Assembly: GCA_040883315.1 (NCBI GenBank)
Contig: JBFLKU010000008.1
Location: forward strand, 118,392-182,391
From: Eubacteriales bacterium
GTDB lineage: Bacteria > Bacillota > Clostridia > Christensenellales > UMGS416
DNA: 64,000 nt
Direction: 5' to 3'
The notes below the pieces were generated by a model, which was given only the letters and a program-made list of their open reading frames with translations, did not search any database and was not told the origin of the DNA. Each line of letters opens with the position of its first letter. Within the stretch, counting starts at the first letter, position 1. This document shows positions 47,284 through 57,538 of the stretch, piece after piece. The position numbers and the translations under genes are program-made.

Positions 47284-48456
47284 CTAGTTCTCATACTGTA
47301 TCAGGCTCACAATGCATCTGGCAGATATTCCCTCGCCTCTGCCTTCGAAGCCCATTTTTTCGGTGGTAGTTCCCTTTATATTAACTCGGTCTTTGCCGCA
47401 GTGCAGTGCACCTGAAAGGCATTCAATCATTTTTTCTCTGTATGGTGCTATCTTTGGCGTTTCGCATGCTATCACAGCATCTATATTGTTTATCCTGTAT
47501 CCTAGGCTTTCTGTCTTTTCTATTACTTTTTCGAGAAGATTTATGGAATAGATGCCCTTAAACTCGTCTGCCGAATCCGGGAAAAGCTGCCCAATATCCG
47601 GAAGCCCTGCTGCACCTAGTATGCCGTCCATTACGGCATGAGTCAGCACGTCTGCATCGGAATGCCCTAAAAGACCTAGGTGATAGGGTATCTCCACGCC
47701 GCCAAGTATCAGCTTTCTGTTTTTTGCAAATCTATGCACATCAAAGCCTAGACCCATTTTTATATTGCACTTTTTCATTAATAATTTTTCTACCAGCTCT
47801 ACGTCGCTGGGATTTGTCAGCTTGAAATCCCTTTGCACTATTTCACACACAAATACATCCTCGCATATAGCTTCCATGGCGGAGGCATCATCGGTGATTG
47901 AGATGTCATTTTCTATTACATAATCATATGCTTTTTTTATCAGCGAATATTCAAAACACTGGGGCGTGTATACCTCCCAAATATCAGACCTATCTACGGT
48001 TTTCAATATTTTGGTTTCTGCTGTCTGCTTCAATGTGTTCACTACAGGCTTTGCAGCAATGGCAGAGCCTTTTGCGATGCACTGATCCAGAAGAATATCT
48101 ATGCTCTGCTGTGTCAGCATAGGGCGTGCTCCGTCGTGTATCATCACGTAGTCGCAGCCCTCTAGCACACAAAGACCATTGTATACAGAGTGAGTTCTCT
48201 CTTCGCCGCCCTCGGTTATTTTTGTCAGCTTTTCTATTTTGTATTGGGATGCGATGTTTTCGTATTCGCCAGCTTGCCCTTTTGGGCAAACTAAAACTAT
48301 TTCGTCCACTTTTTCAGAGGATTGAAATGCTTTCAGGCTATATAAAATGGCAGGGGTATTATTTATTTGCATCAAAACTTTAGGGGTGGATGACCCCATT
48401 CTTTTTCCGCTGCCGCCTGCCAGACATATTGCAGATATTTTATGCTTCTTTTTCAT
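47284..48456 (-). CDS. ispDF: Bifunctional IspD/IspF (MEP cytidylyltransferase / MEcPP synthase)
   Basis: 390 aa. The N-half has IspD motifs (LAGGSGKRMG, VMIHDGARP). The C-half has IspF motifs (GLGFDVHRF, GHSDADVLTHA, ETPKIAPY). Confidence 0.92.
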   Translation of the reverse strand: MKKKHKISAICLAGGSGKRMGSSTPKVLMQINNTPAILYSLKAFQSSEKVDEIVLVCPKGQAGEYENIASQYKIEKLTKITEGGEERTHSVYNGLCVLEGCDYVMIHDGARPMLTQQSIDILLDQCIAKGSAIAAKPVVNTLKQTAETKILKTVDRSDIWEVYTPQCFEYSLIKKAYDYVIENDISITDDASAMEAICEDVFVCEIVQRDFKLTNPSDVELVEKLLMKKCNIKMGLGFDVHRFAKNRKLILGGVEIPYHLGLLGHSDADVLTHAVMDGILGAAGLPDIGQLFPDSADEFKGIYSINLLEKVIEKTESLGYRINNIDAVIACETPKIAPYREKMIECLSGALHCGKDRVNIKGTTTEKMGFEGRGEGISARCIVSLIQYEN

Positions 48457-48703
48457 CCGGTGCGAATATGGTTTCGTATAGGGAATCAGCTTCAGCTTTT
48501 ATTGTGGTGTCTTTAATATCTACCACCTTCACTTTTTTGTGGTATCCTCTGATATCTATTGTGATAATATCGCCCACTTTCACTTCGGTGCTGGCTTTTG
48601 CCTTTTTATCGTTTACCGTTATCATGCCGCCTGCACATGCCTGCTGTGCCAGAGTGCGGCGCTTTACCAGGCGAGAAACTTTTAAATATTTATCTATTCT
48701 CAT
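48440..48703 (-). CDS. S4-domain RNA-binding protein (YabO/Hsp15-like)
   Basis: 87 aa with MRIDKYLKVSRLVKRRTLAQQACAGGMITVNDKKAK. It overlaps the ispDF start by 17 nt. Confidence 0.85.
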   Translation of the reverse strand: MRIDKYLKVSRLVKRRTLAQQACAGGMITVNDKKAKASTEVKVGDIITIDIRGYHKKVKVVDIKDTTIKAEADSLYETIFAPDEKEA

Positions 48704-48761
48704 ACATTTTTCCTTTGCTGTTTTCTATTTAATATAATAATATACTTATTAGTTCTTTACA

Positions 48762-48793
48762 ATAGAAAAAAATAAAGCCGGCGTATGCCGGCT
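48762..48793 (-). terminator. Intrinsic terminator after gpsA
   Basis: AGCCGGC (48776-48782) pairs with GCCGGCT (48787-48793) across loop GTAT. On the minus strand it is followed by TTTATTTTTTT. Confidence 0.8.
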
Positions 48794-48801
48794 GTTAAAG
48801 G

Positions 48802-49803
48802 TTATTGGATTCTTTCGCTTTTCAGCTCGCGGCTCATCAGAGCCGTCACGCTGTCGTCTGTGTCTTTTCCTAAATAGATTATATTGAATAATTCCGTAAT
48901 AATTGGCATGGACACATTGTATTGCTTTGAAAGCCTGTATATGGACTTAATAGAGCCAATTCCCTCCACCACCATGGTAGATGATGCCACGGCGTCGTCC
49001 ACGCTCATGCCTTTGCCTATCAGCTCGCCTGTGTTTCTGTTTCTGCTGTGTTTGGATATGCATGTTACTATAGCGTCTCCCATGCCTGCAAGCCCTATAA
49101 ATGTCTCTGGTGCAATGCCCATTTTGTCGCCCAGACGCATCATCTCGTGTATGGAGCGCACGATGAATGCAGCCTTTGCGTTGTCTCCGCAGCCGCGTCC
49201 ATCCAGTATACCTGCGCCTATTGCCATGGCGTTCTTCATGGCTCCGCATAGCTCAGCACCCACCAAATCGTCATTGGTATATATTCTGAATGTATTTGTA
49301 GAGAACATCACCTGTATTCTCTCAGCTTCTTCTCTGTTGTAGGATATACTGGATATGGATGTCAGCCCGCCCTGAATAACTTCCTCTGCGTGGGATGGGC
49401 CTGTCAGCAGCACATAGCTTTTTATTTTGTCTATATCTATTGATTCATATACCACCTCGGATATTCTCATCAGCGAATGGGGCTCTAGCCCTTTGCTGGC
49501 ATTTATAAAAGTCTTTGGTGTGTGTATATATTCGTTCAGCTTTTCCAGCGTTGCCAAAATGGCGTGAGAGGGCAGAACGATGAGTATGTCGTCTGAAAAC
49601 TCTGCGATTTCCTTCAGGCTGGTTGTGCCTTTTATATTTTTTGAAAGCTCAATATCCGGAAAAAAGAAACTTTTTCCGTTATTTATCATGTCTATTCTGC
49701 CCTGATCTATGCCGCAAAGCAGCACTTCGTGGTCATTTTTGCTTAGTGATTGAGCCAATGCAGACGCCCAGCTGCCGTCGCCCAATACAGAAATTTTAGC
49801 CAT
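48802..49803 (-). CDS. gpsA: NAD(P)H-dependent glycerol-3-phosphate dehydrogenase
   Basis: 333 aa with an N-terminal dinucleotide fold (ISVLGDGSWASALA) and NASKGLE and GALKNAMAIGAGI motifs. Confidence 0.93.
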   Translation of the reverse strand: MAKISVLGDGSWASALAQSLSKNDHEVLLCGIDQGRIDMINNGKSFFFPDIELSKNIKGTTSLKEIAEFSDDILIVLPSHAILATLEKLNEYIHTPKTFINASKGLEPHSLMRISEVVYESIDIDKIKSYVLLTGPSHAEEVIQGGLTSISSISYNREEAERIQVMFSTNTFRIYTNDDLVGAELCGAMKNAMAIGAGILDGRGCGDNAKAAFIVRSIHEMMRLGDKMGIAPETFIGLAGMGDAIVTCISKHSRNRNTGELIGKGMSVDDAVASSTMVVEGIGSIKSIYRLSKQYNVSMPIITELFNIIYLGKDTDDSVTALMSRELKSERIQ

Positions 49804-50009
49804 TATATACCTCGTTTCTTTTGTACATGTATTATTATAGTTGTTTTTTGGCTTTTAGCAACCAATAAGCATATTTTTTTTGTTTTGATACATATAGTTT
49901 TAATTTTGTTTACATAGATTTTTGCAGAAAAAATAGATGCCTAACATAAAAAGAAATATTGAAGGCAGAGTATAAATAATGTATTATATTTAGTACAAGG
50001 AGAAAAATT

Positions 50010-51866
50010 TTGAACAATAAAGTAGCTGAAAAATTGAAAGACCTGCCCGAAAAAAGCGGCGTTTATTTGATGAAGGACGCAGAGGGCAATGTGATATATG
50101 TGGGCAAAGCAAAGGTATTGAAAAACCGTGCGAAGTCCTATTTCACAGGCAGCCACGAAGGAAAAGTGGCTGTGATGGTTTCACGCATAGAAGACATAGA
50201 CTGGATAATCACAGAGAGCGAAAACGAGGCATATGCACTGGAGATAAACCTGATAAAGGAATATATGCCAAAGTACAATATTATGATGCGGGACGACAAG
50301 CATTATCCATATATAAAAATAGATATAAAAAGCGATTACCCCAAAATGACGGTAGTACGCAGGGTGAAAAACGACGGAGCAAAATACTACGGACCATATT
50401 TTATGGGAACGAGCATACAAAGCACAATGGAAACCATACGAAAAATCTTTCCTATTCGCTCGTGCAACCTGAACATAACCCAAGTGAAGGGAAAAATACG
50501 CCCCTGCCTAAACTACGACATAGGCAGATGCATAGCCCCCTGCAAGGCGGACGTGCCGCAGGAGGAATATAAGGCACTGATAGATAAAGTATGCAATTTT
50601 TTAGATGGCAATGACGACAATATAACAAATGAATTTGTGCAGAAGATGCAGGACGCTGCGAAAAAGCAGGAATATGAAGATGCAGCAAAGTACAGAGACA
50701 TTATAGAGAACATAACAAATATTATGTCTTCGCAGCAGCGAGTGATACTGGGCAAGATAGAGAGCTACGACATTATAGGCATAGCCAGCAAAAACACAAA
50801 GGCGATTGCCTGCATTATGGTGCTGCGGGGCGGCAAGATAATAGGCAGCGAGAACATGAGCCTGGATGTGCCGATGGACAGCACAGATGAGGAGATTGCG
50901 GAGTACTTTATAAAAAGCTACTATACCAATTCAAATAGCATTCCGCTGAATATACTGGTGAGCCATGAGATAGAAGACAATGAGGGCATGGAGGAATTTT
51001 TGGCAGGAATGCGTGATGCACCAGTGCACATTCACAAGCCTTTGAAAGGCGAGAAAAAAAGACTGCTGGATATGGCAATAGAGAACGCAGAATCCAGCAT
51101 AGACAGGAGCATAGAGCAGGATAAACGCCGCTGGGACAGAACAGGTGGTGCAGTGGTTGCCCTGCAGAACGCACTGGCACTGAAAAGGTTGCCAAAGCGA
51201 ATAGAGGCGTACGACATATCAAACATACAGGGTGTAGACTCTGTGGCATCTATGGTGGTTTTTGTGGATGGGATGCCTAGCAAAAAAAGCTATAGAAGAT
51301 TCAAGATAAAAACTGTAGATGGGGCAAACGACTTTGCATCTATGGCTGAGGTAGTGCATAGAAGATTTAAAAGAGGGCTGGATGAGCGTGAAAAAGGCGA
51401 ATTCGACAAGGAAAATAAATTCAGCTATCTGCCTGATTTGGTAGTGATAGACGGAGGCAAGGGACAGCTATCTGCCGCTAGAAAATCTATGGAGGACTTG
51501 GGAGTAGGGCACATAGCCACCATAGGACTTGCAAAAAAAGAGGAAGAAGTATTCTTCCCCAATGAGAGTGAGCCTGTGATAATAGCCAAATCATCGCCAT
51601 CTCTGCACCTGCTGCAAAGAATAAGAGATGAAGCACATAGATTTGCCATCACCTACCATCGCTCGCTGCGTCAAAAGGGCGGACTAACCAGCGAGCTGGA
51701 CAACATTGAAAACATTGGGCCAAAAAGAAGAAGAGCACTACTGATGGCTTTCCCTACAATTTCAGCAATTAAAAACGCTACAGTAGACGAACTGAGCGCT
51801 GTGCAGGGCATGAACCAAAAATGTGCCCAGTCTATATATGACTACTACCATAAAGAAGAAAAATAA
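50010..51866 (+). CDS. uvrC: Excinuclease ABC subunit C
   Basis: 618 aa with a GIY-YIG domain (GVYLMKDAEGNVIYVGKA), a UVR domain, an Endo V-like domain and a C-terminal HhH2. TTG start 6 nt after AAGGAGA. Confidence 0.95.
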   Translation: MNNKVAEKLKDLPEKSGVYLMKDAEGNVIYVGKAKVLKNRAKSYFTGSHEGKVAVMVSRIEDIDWIITESENEAYALEINLIKEYMPKYNIMMRDDKHYPYIKIDIKSDYPKMTVVRRVKNDGAKYYGPYFMGTSIQSTMETIRKIFPIRSCNLNITQVKGKIRPCLNYDIGRCIAPCKADVPQEEYKALIDKVCNFLDGNDDNITNEFVQKMQDAAKKQEYEDAAKYRDIIENITNIMSSQQRVILGKIESYDIIGIASKNTKAIACIMVLRGGKIIGSENMSLDVPMDSTDEEIAEYFIKSYYTNSNSIPLNILVSHEIEDNEGMEEFLAGMRDAPVHIHKPLKGEKKRLLDMAIENAESSIDRSIEQDKRRWDRTGGAVVALQNALALKRLPKRIEAYDISNIQGVDSVASMVVFVDGMPSKKSYRRFKIKTVDGANDFASMAEVVHRRFKRGLDEREKGEFDKENKFSYLPDLVVIDGGKGQLSAARKSMEDLGVGHIATIGLAKKEEEVFFPNESEPVIIAKSSPSLHLLQRIRDEAHRFAITYHRSLRQKGGLTSELDNIENIGPKRRRALLMAFPTISAIKNATVDELSAVQGMNQKCAQSIYDYYHKEEK

Positions 51867-52532
51867 TTATAGGTAGTCAGCATCTTCATACATACCATCA
51901 TCTGATATATTGTACATAGTATAATAATCAGCTGATGGTATTTCGTATTTGCCAGATGCGGAATATGCATCATCCATATGGTAGAGAGATATGTATCTAT
52001 CCATAATCATGTTAACCACCCGTATTGTATTGATGGCGGCATAAGTCACCTCTTTTTCCATACACTTTTGGCTTTGCATATCTATCTGTATAAATGACTT
52101 TAGATCCTCTGACAGCGTATTAAAATAAAGGGGATAGGGCTGTGTATGTGTAAATCTATTTATATTATTAAGGATTTTGTCTACTATATCGTTGGTCTGC
52201 TTCTCGTATGCCAAATGCTTCACCAGGCTTTGTTTTCTGTATTTGTCATTGGTGTGGTATGGCGAGCAATAGTCTGCAACGAAATGGCTGACTATGCCAA
52301 GATTCCTGCCCAGCACATCCGGTGCATGCCGTGAAGATAGTATCTCATCTATCTTTTCTTCCACAATGCCAATGGTGCGCTTATATTCATGAGCGACAAC
52401 GGTGTATTTTATGTTTGTATCAGGAAAGTAGGAACCCTCAATATAGGAATCTTTATTTATTAGGCATTGCGTAGAAAAGCTAATCATATCGTATGCGTAG
52501 GCTGCTATTTTTTTATGTGTAGCAATAAACAT
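51867..52532 (-). CDS. Hypothetical protein, possibly zinc-dependent phospholipase C-like fold
   Basis: 221 aa with no signal peptide. His/Asp spacing (THKKIA..., GSYFPD, HEY, GIVSHFVADYCSPYH) resembles small Zn-PLC-family proteins. AAAGGGG RBS. The family call is tentative. Confidence 0.45.
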   Translation of the reverse strand: MFIATHKKIAAYAYDMISFSTQCLINKDSYIEGSYFPDTNIKYTVVAHEYKRTIGIVEEKIDEILSSRHAPDVLGRNLGIVSHFVADYCSPYHTNDKYRKQSLVKHLAYEKQTNDIVDKILNNINRFTHTQPYPLYFNTLSEDLKSFIQIDMQSQKCMEKEVTYAAINTIRVVNMIMDRYISLYHMDDAYSASGKYEIPSADYYTMYNISDDGMYEDADYL

Positions 52533-52642
52533 TTTATATCCCCTTTGTTTTATTTATACCTACATCATAGTGTATGCATGTTATAGGCAGAGTAGGGAAG
52601 CATTATAAAAATGTTAAGTTTATTGCATTTAGCTGTTAAGGA

Positions 52643-52669
52643 AATATAAAAGACTGCCAAAAGGCAGCC
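52643..52669 (-). terminator. Intrinsic terminator after the 147-aa coiled-coil gene
   Basis: On the minus strand GGCTGCC-TTTT-GGCAGTC (52669-52652) is followed by TTTTATATTT. Confidence 0.6.
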
Positions 52670-52710
52670 TTATCAATGATTTTATATAATAATAGGTATT
52701 TGTAGGTAAA

Positions 52711-53154
52711 TCAGTCTCCACGCATTTGTGCACGGTTTTGCCTTACTATGTCCAGATTTCTTTGGATATAGCTCTCCAGGTCTGCTAGAATGTCCTCTAC
52801 ATATTCATTGGCACTCATGCGGATTTCCTCTGCCTGGTGCTGAGCATTTTTTAAAATCTGTTCAGATTTCTCATATGCCATTTTGGTCACTTCGTCCTGC
52901 TCTACCAGCTGCTCCACCTTCAGGTTGGCATCTGAAATAATAGATTCTGCTTCTCTTTCAGCGTCATATATTATGGTGTCTTTGTCTCTTATAATGTTTT
53001 GAGCGTCCAAAACAACCTGCGGCAAATTATCTAGAATATCGTTTATTATATCCAGACTTTTGTCTCTATCTACAACAACTTTGTTTGACATAGGTCTTAC
53101 TTGTGCTGTTTCGAAATCTTCCTTTAGAATATGTAGTAATTCTGCAATATTCAT
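52711..53154 (-). CDS. Hypothetical coiled-coil protein (ATP-synthase b / V-ATPase G-like helical protein)
   Basis: 147 aa, acidic and helical (DAEREAESIISDANLKVEQLVEQDE...AQHQAEEIRMSANEYVEDIL). Its ATG shares 1 nt with the coaD stop (TAATG). Confidence 0.7.
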   Translation of the reverse strand: MNIAELLHILKEDFETAQVRPMSNKVVVDRDKSLDIINDILDNLPQVVLDAQNIIRDKDTIIYDAEREAESIISDANLKVEQLVEQDEVTKMAYEKSEQILKNAQHQAEEIRMSANEYVEDILADLESYIQRNLDIVRQNRAQMRGD

Positions 53155-53642
53155 TATTTCCTCCTGTTTATATGAGTGTTTATTTTATCATATATTTTAT
53201 TATTAACTAGCTCACTAAAGTTTCCTTTAAGCATAGCAATTTCCTTAACGCTACTGGATGATATGCACCTATACTCCGGGTCTGCACATATAAAAACGGT
53301 TTCTATTTCACTTTCCAGCTTTTTATTCAGAAGCGACATATTCTGCTCATATTCATAGTCGCCTACGTTTCTGATGCCGCGTATGATAGCCTGCGCATTC
53401 TTGCTTTTCACATAGTTTACGAGAAGCCCGTCAAAGCTCTCTACCATCACATTGCCGATGTGTTCTGTGCATTCTTTTATCATAGCCAGCTTTTCATCTG
53501 TCGTGAAAAGCGGATGTTTTGCAGAGTTGTTTAATACTGCGACATATAGCGTGTCGCAAAGCTTTGCAGCTCTCTCTATTATGTTTTCATGCCCCAGTGT
53601 AATGGGGTCAAAGCTGCCTGGATATACCCAGATACTCATCAT
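53154..53642 (-). CDS. coaD: Phosphopantetheine adenylyltransferase
   Basis: 162 aa with YPGSFDPITLGH, GIRNVGDYEYE and ISSSSVKE motifs. Confidence 0.95.
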   Translation of the reverse strand: MMSIWVYPGSFDPITLGHENIIERAAKLCDTLYVAVLNNSAKHPLFTTDEKLAMIKECTEHIGNVMVESFDGLLVNYVKSKNAQAIIRGIRNVGDYEYEQNMSLLNKKLESEIETVFICADPEYRCISSSSVKEIAMLKGNFSELVNNKIYDKINTHINRRK

Positions 53643-54190
53643 GCACCTTCGTATCTGAAAATACTTACTGTAGTATTTCCATATTGTTTTGTCTGTTCCA
53701 GCGAATAGCCTTCCGCCATCTCTATTGTGGCACGCCTGTCATGCTCCACTATTACTGTACCGTCAATATTTATGATAGGAATACATTCTGCAAGAATGCT
53801 GCTGTATACGCTGGAGCTATACGGGGGATCAATATATATTATGTCTGCCAGCACGCCATCTGTTTCCATTCTGGTAAGTGCACGCTTGTATTCCATGGGG
53901 TACATGCTGTATTCTTTCTTTTCTACGCGGAATTCATCCAGATGCCCCTGTATGCTGTGGATTGCTCTTTTGTCGTAGTCGCAGTAGCACACCTTGGATG
54001 CGCCTCTGCTCAAAGCCTCCAAACCAAATCCGCCCGAGCCTGCAAACAAATCAACCACTACAGCATTGTATATTCTATTGTACAATATATTAAATAAAGC
54101 TCCTCTTACCTTAGTAGATGTTGGTCTGGCTTTGGAGCCTTTAGCCGTATAAAAATTACGACCTTTAAAACGACCGCTTATTATTTTCAT
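53639..54190 (-). CDS. rsmD: 16S rRNA (guanine966-N2)-methyltransferase RsmD
   Basis: ATG 54190 (MKIISGRFKGR...) lies 6 nt after AGGA. Motifs are RPTSTKVRGALFN, DLFAGSGGFGLEALSRGA and IDPPY. The tracked ORF extends 27 codons further upstream. Confidence 0.9.
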   Translation of the reverse strand: MKIISGRFKGRNFYTAKGSKARPTSTKVRGALFNILYNRIYNAVVVDLFAGSGGFGLEALSRGASKVCYCDYDKRAIHSIQGHLDEFRVEKKEYSMYPMEYKRALTRMETDGVLADIIYIDPPYSSSVYSSILAECIPIINIDGTVIVEHDRRATIEMAEGYSLEQTKQYGNTTVSIFRYEGA

Positions 54191-54432
54191 TTCCAATCCT
54201 ACCCAAAACATTGTTTCTGCATAAATATCTGTGATATTTGCATACAGTATAACCAATGGATATTTTATCATAAATGCAGTGTAATGTCATGTATTAATTA
54301 CAAATTTATTAATTTTTGATTAAATAAATAGGATTAAATAAAGGTTTTAGTTGATTTTAATATAGTATTGCAGCAAAAAAACGGACTAGGCAAGGTATGG
54401 CATATTGTTTTCTCAAATAAACACATTACAGA

Positions 54433-54460
54433 CATAAAAAAAAGGCCAATGGCCTTTTTT
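54433..54460 (-). terminator. Intrinsic (bidirectional-type) terminator immediately after infB
   Basis: The minus-strand transcript reads UAA-AAAAAAGGCC-AUU-GGCCUUUUUUUU, a GGCC core extended by A-U pairs plus a U-tract. Confidence 0.65.
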
Positions 54461-57183
54461 TAATGTTCTATTTGTATTCTTTCATATGCTTCGAGCACAT
54501 CGCCTTCTTTAACATCGTTAAAGTTTTCTACGCCTATACCGCACTCGTAATTTTGCGTCACTTCTTTGGCATCGTCTTTAAATCTCTTCAATGAAGATAT
54601 CGGTCCTTCGAATATTACCACGCTGTCACGAAGAACTCTGACCATTGAGGAACGCTTGATTTTGCCGTCTGTAACATAGGAGCCTGCGATGTTGCCAACG
54701 CCTGTCACCTTGAACACGCTTCGTACCTCTGCATGTCCTGTGACTTCCTCCTTGAATACAGGAGCCAAAAGACCCTTCATAGCTTTTTCTACGTCTTGTA
54801 TTGCCTCATAGATGATGCGATATGTTCTAACGTCTATATTTTCTCTTTCGGCTGCGTCACGTCCATTTGCATCCGGACGTACATTGAAGCCAATAATAAT
54901 TGCATTTGATGCTGTTGCAAGCATAACATCGTCTTGTGTCACGCCGCCTACACCTGTGTGTATGCAGCGAACTCTGACTTCTTCATTTGTCAGCTTTTCA
55001 AGAGACTGCTTGATAGCCTCGGCACTTCCTTGAACATCGGCTTTTACGATAATGTTCAAATCTTTCAGCTTGCCTTCCTCTATCTTGCCGAAAAGATCGT
55101 CCAAAGATACAGCAGAGGATGATGCTGTCATCTCTTCGCGCTTTTTCACCTTGCGCTCCTCAGCCACCTTGCGGATACGTTTTTCATCAGCTGCATAGAT
55201 GGTGTCGCCTGCATCAGGCACTTCTGAGAATCCTACCACCTCAACAGGCATTGCCGGGCCGGCAGCTTCCACTTTGTCGCCTTTGTCATTCATCATAGCA
55301 CGCACTCTGCCTGTGCAAAGCCCCGAAACTATGGAATCACCTACGTGCAGAGTACCGTTTTTAACCAATACTGTAGCAACAGGTCCACGTCCTTTGTCCA
55401 GCTGAGATTCTATGATAGTACCCACAGCTTTTCCTTCTGGGTTTGCTTTTAGCTCCAGCATATCTGCTTGCAGCAAAATCATCTCCAGCAGGCTGTCTAT
55501 TCCGTCGCCTGTTTTTGCGGAAACTTCACATATAATGTGCTCTCCGCCCCATTCCTCGGCTACTATTCCGTGCTCTGTCAGCTCCTGCTTCACTTTGGCA
55601 GGGTTTGCAGCCGGCAGGTCACATTTGTTTATAGCCACAATTATAGGAACTTCTGCTGCCTTGGAGTGGTTGATAGCCTCGATAGTCTGTGGCATAACGC
55701 TGTCATCCGCAGCAACAACAATTATTGAAATATCTGTTACCTTTGCACCTCTGGCACGCATCGATGTAAACGCTTGGTGACCAGGTGTATCTATAAATGT
55801 TATTGGTTCGCCGTTTTTAGTTACTGTATATGCACCGATGTGCTGGGTGATGCCGCCGGCTTCTCCGGCCTGCACGTTTGCTTCACGTATTTTATCCAAT
55901 AGGGATGTTTTTCCGTGGTCAACGTGTCCCATTACTGTAACGATTGGTGCACGCTTTGCAAGAAGCTCATCATCGATATGGCTCTCTTCGTGCTCGTCTA
56001 TCATCTTTTCTTCTTGAGTTTTGGCAATCTCTTGTGTCAGTGCGACGCCAAACTCGGCAGCAACAACTTCCGCTGTGTCAAAATCTATTGTATTGTTTAC
56101 TGTTGCCATTATGCCCAGTTTAAACAATTGTCCTACGATTTCACTGCTTTGCTTTCCTATCTTTTCAGCCAAATCCTTGATAGCTACAGTTTCTGTAGTA
56201 ATAATAGCTTTTTCTATTACTATCCTTTCAATATTATTAGACTGTAATTTTCTCTGCTTTTTCCTTCTGGATCCAGTAGGTATATACACATCTCCATATT
56301 GGAAGGTTTTGTTGTATTTTCCTTGCTTAGGATTAACAGGAGTCTTTTTGACCTTTGCTTGTTGATCAGACTTTTTATCCGGCTTTTCCTTTTCCTTGTG
56401 TTTGTTAGCGAACTGAGAAGTCCTGTTTGTTGGCTTCTTTATTCCTGTATCCACAGTGGTCTCGGATGCAGCCTTTGGTGCTGAGGATGATGCTGATCTT
56501 TGCGGTCTGTTATCAGGTCTTTGATAGTCTTTTTTATCTTGATAATCTTTTTTGTCCTGATAAGGACCCTTTTTATCTTGGAAAGAACCTTTTTGAGCAG
56601 GTCTTTGAGTGGGCCTTCCAGTAGGAGCAGCGCTCTTTTTCCTCTCCTGATTTCTTTGCTGATACTTTTCTCTTTCAGCCCTGCGCTTCTCTTCCTCTTT
56701 TTGTCTTTCTTCTTGTGTAGGTGCGCGTTTGACCACTCTTATTCCTATTTGAGGAGTGGATGGTATCTTCTTTGTGGTTTCGCTTTTTGCTTTGGCAGCA
56801 GTTTTTGGTGCTGGCTTGGCATCAGCAGGCTTTTTCTCTGGTTCTGCAGCAGCCTTTGCTTTTGGCTTTTGCACCTCATCTTTAACCACAGTTTTTGCAG
56901 GTGCTTTAGCAGCAGGTTTTTCTTCTGTTTTCTTTTTAGTAGGGGCGGCTTCCACAGCTTTTTTCACAGGTTCAGCCTTTTTTTCTACAGCAGCAGCTGC
57001 AGCAGCGGCTTCCTGAACGGCTGCTTTTTCTTCCTGAATTTTTCTGGCTATCTGCTTTTCTATATCCTGAAGCTGATTAATTTGATTATTAACCTTATCC
57101 TTGGATAGCCTTACCTTCCCTAATAAATTCCCTGCACTGCCTTTTGCATCTTTTGTAAGTTTTTGTACGCTTACTTTACTCAT
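54460..57183 (-). CDS. infB: Translation initiation factor IF-2
   Basis: 907 aa with a long K/A/P/E/Q-rich N-terminal region, a G domain ([21 protein letters not shown]) and C-terminal domains. Confidence 0.97.
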   Translation of the reverse strand: MSKVSVQKLTKDAKGSAGNLLGKVRLSKDKVNNQINQLQDIEKQIARKIQEEKAAVQEAAAAAAAVEKKAEPVKKAVEAAPTKKKTEEKPAAKAPAKTVVKDEVQKPKAKAAAEPEKKPADAKPAPKTAAKAKSETTKKIPSTPQIGIRVVKRAPTQEERQKEEEKRRAEREKYQQRNQERKKSAAPTGRPTQRPAQKGSFQDKKGPYQDKKDYQDKKDYQRPDNRPQRSASSSAPKAASETTVDTGIKKPTNRTSQFANKHKEKEKPDKKSDQQAKVKKTPVNPKQGKYNKTFQYGDVYIPTGSRRKKQRKLQSNNIERIVIEKAIITTETVAIKDLAEKIGKQSSEIVGQLFKLGIMATVNNTIDFDTAEVVAAEFGVALTQEIAKTQEEKMIDEHEESHIDDELLAKRAPIVTVMGHVDHGKTSLLDKIREANVQAGEAGGITQHIGAYTVTKNGEPITFIDTPGHQAFTSMRARGAKVTDISIIVVAADDSVMPQTIEAINHSKAAEVPIIVAINKCDLPAANPAKVKQELTEHGIVAEEWGGEHIICEVSAKTGDGIDSLLEMILLQADMLELKANPEGKAVGTIIESQLDKGRGPVATVLVKNGTLHVGDSIVSGLCTGRVRAMMNDKGDKVEAAGPAMPVEVVGFSEVPDAGDTIYAADEKRIRKVAEERKVKKREEMTASSSAVSLDDLFGKIEEGKLKDLNIIVKADVQGSAEAIKQSLEKLTNEEVRVRCIHTGVGGVTQDDVMLATASNAIIIGFNVRPDANGRDAAERENIDVRTYRIIYEAIQDVEKAMKGLLAPVFKEEVTGHAEVRSVFKVTGVGNIAGSYVTDGKIKRSSMVRVLRDSVVIFEGPISSLKRFKDDAKEVTQNYECGIGVENFNDVKEGDVLEAYERIQIEH
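56521..56580 (-). repeat. In-frame imperfect 18-nt tandem repeat inside the infB N-terminal region
   Basis: The minus strand reads CAA GAT AAA AAG GGT CCT | TAT CAG GAC AAA AAA GAT | TAT CAA GAT AAA AAA GAC | TAT CAA, which translates to [20 protein letters not shown]. Confidence 0.6.
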
Positions 57184-57238
57184 TAAGACCTACGCACTCC
57201 TTTTTAATTTCTTATTTATTATACACACATCATTTAAC

Positions 57239-57538
57239 TTATGTTGTTAAACTCTTTATTTGTTTTGCAAAGCCTTCGTCGTTTATGGACATCACCTTCA
57301 TTTTGTCTTTTGATGTCAGCTGATAGAATATCTCGCTGAAATCGTCGCACACCATATCTATTTGATAGTGGGTGCATATATCGCTGATGTCTTTTTTTGT
57401 CCTGTCGGATGCCGCATCAGATAGCAGCACTAGCTTTGCTTTGTTCTGTCGTATTGCTTTTTTTACGATGTCTGTGCCCAATGATACTTTCCTTGATTTT
57501 ATGCACAGTCCTATCATCCCTGAAACTTTGCTATTCAA
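57239..57538 (-). CDS. ylxQ: L7Ae-family RNA-binding protein YlxQ
   Basis: 99 aa with GLCIKSRKVSLGTDIVKKAIRQNKAKLVLLSDAAS, in the conserved position between ylxR and infB. Confidence 0.88.
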   Translation of the reverse strand: MNSKVSGMIGLCIKSRKVSLGTDIVKKAIRQNKAKLVLLSDAASDRTKKDISDICTHYQIDMVCDDFSEIFYQLTSKDKMKVMSINDEGFAKQIKSLTT

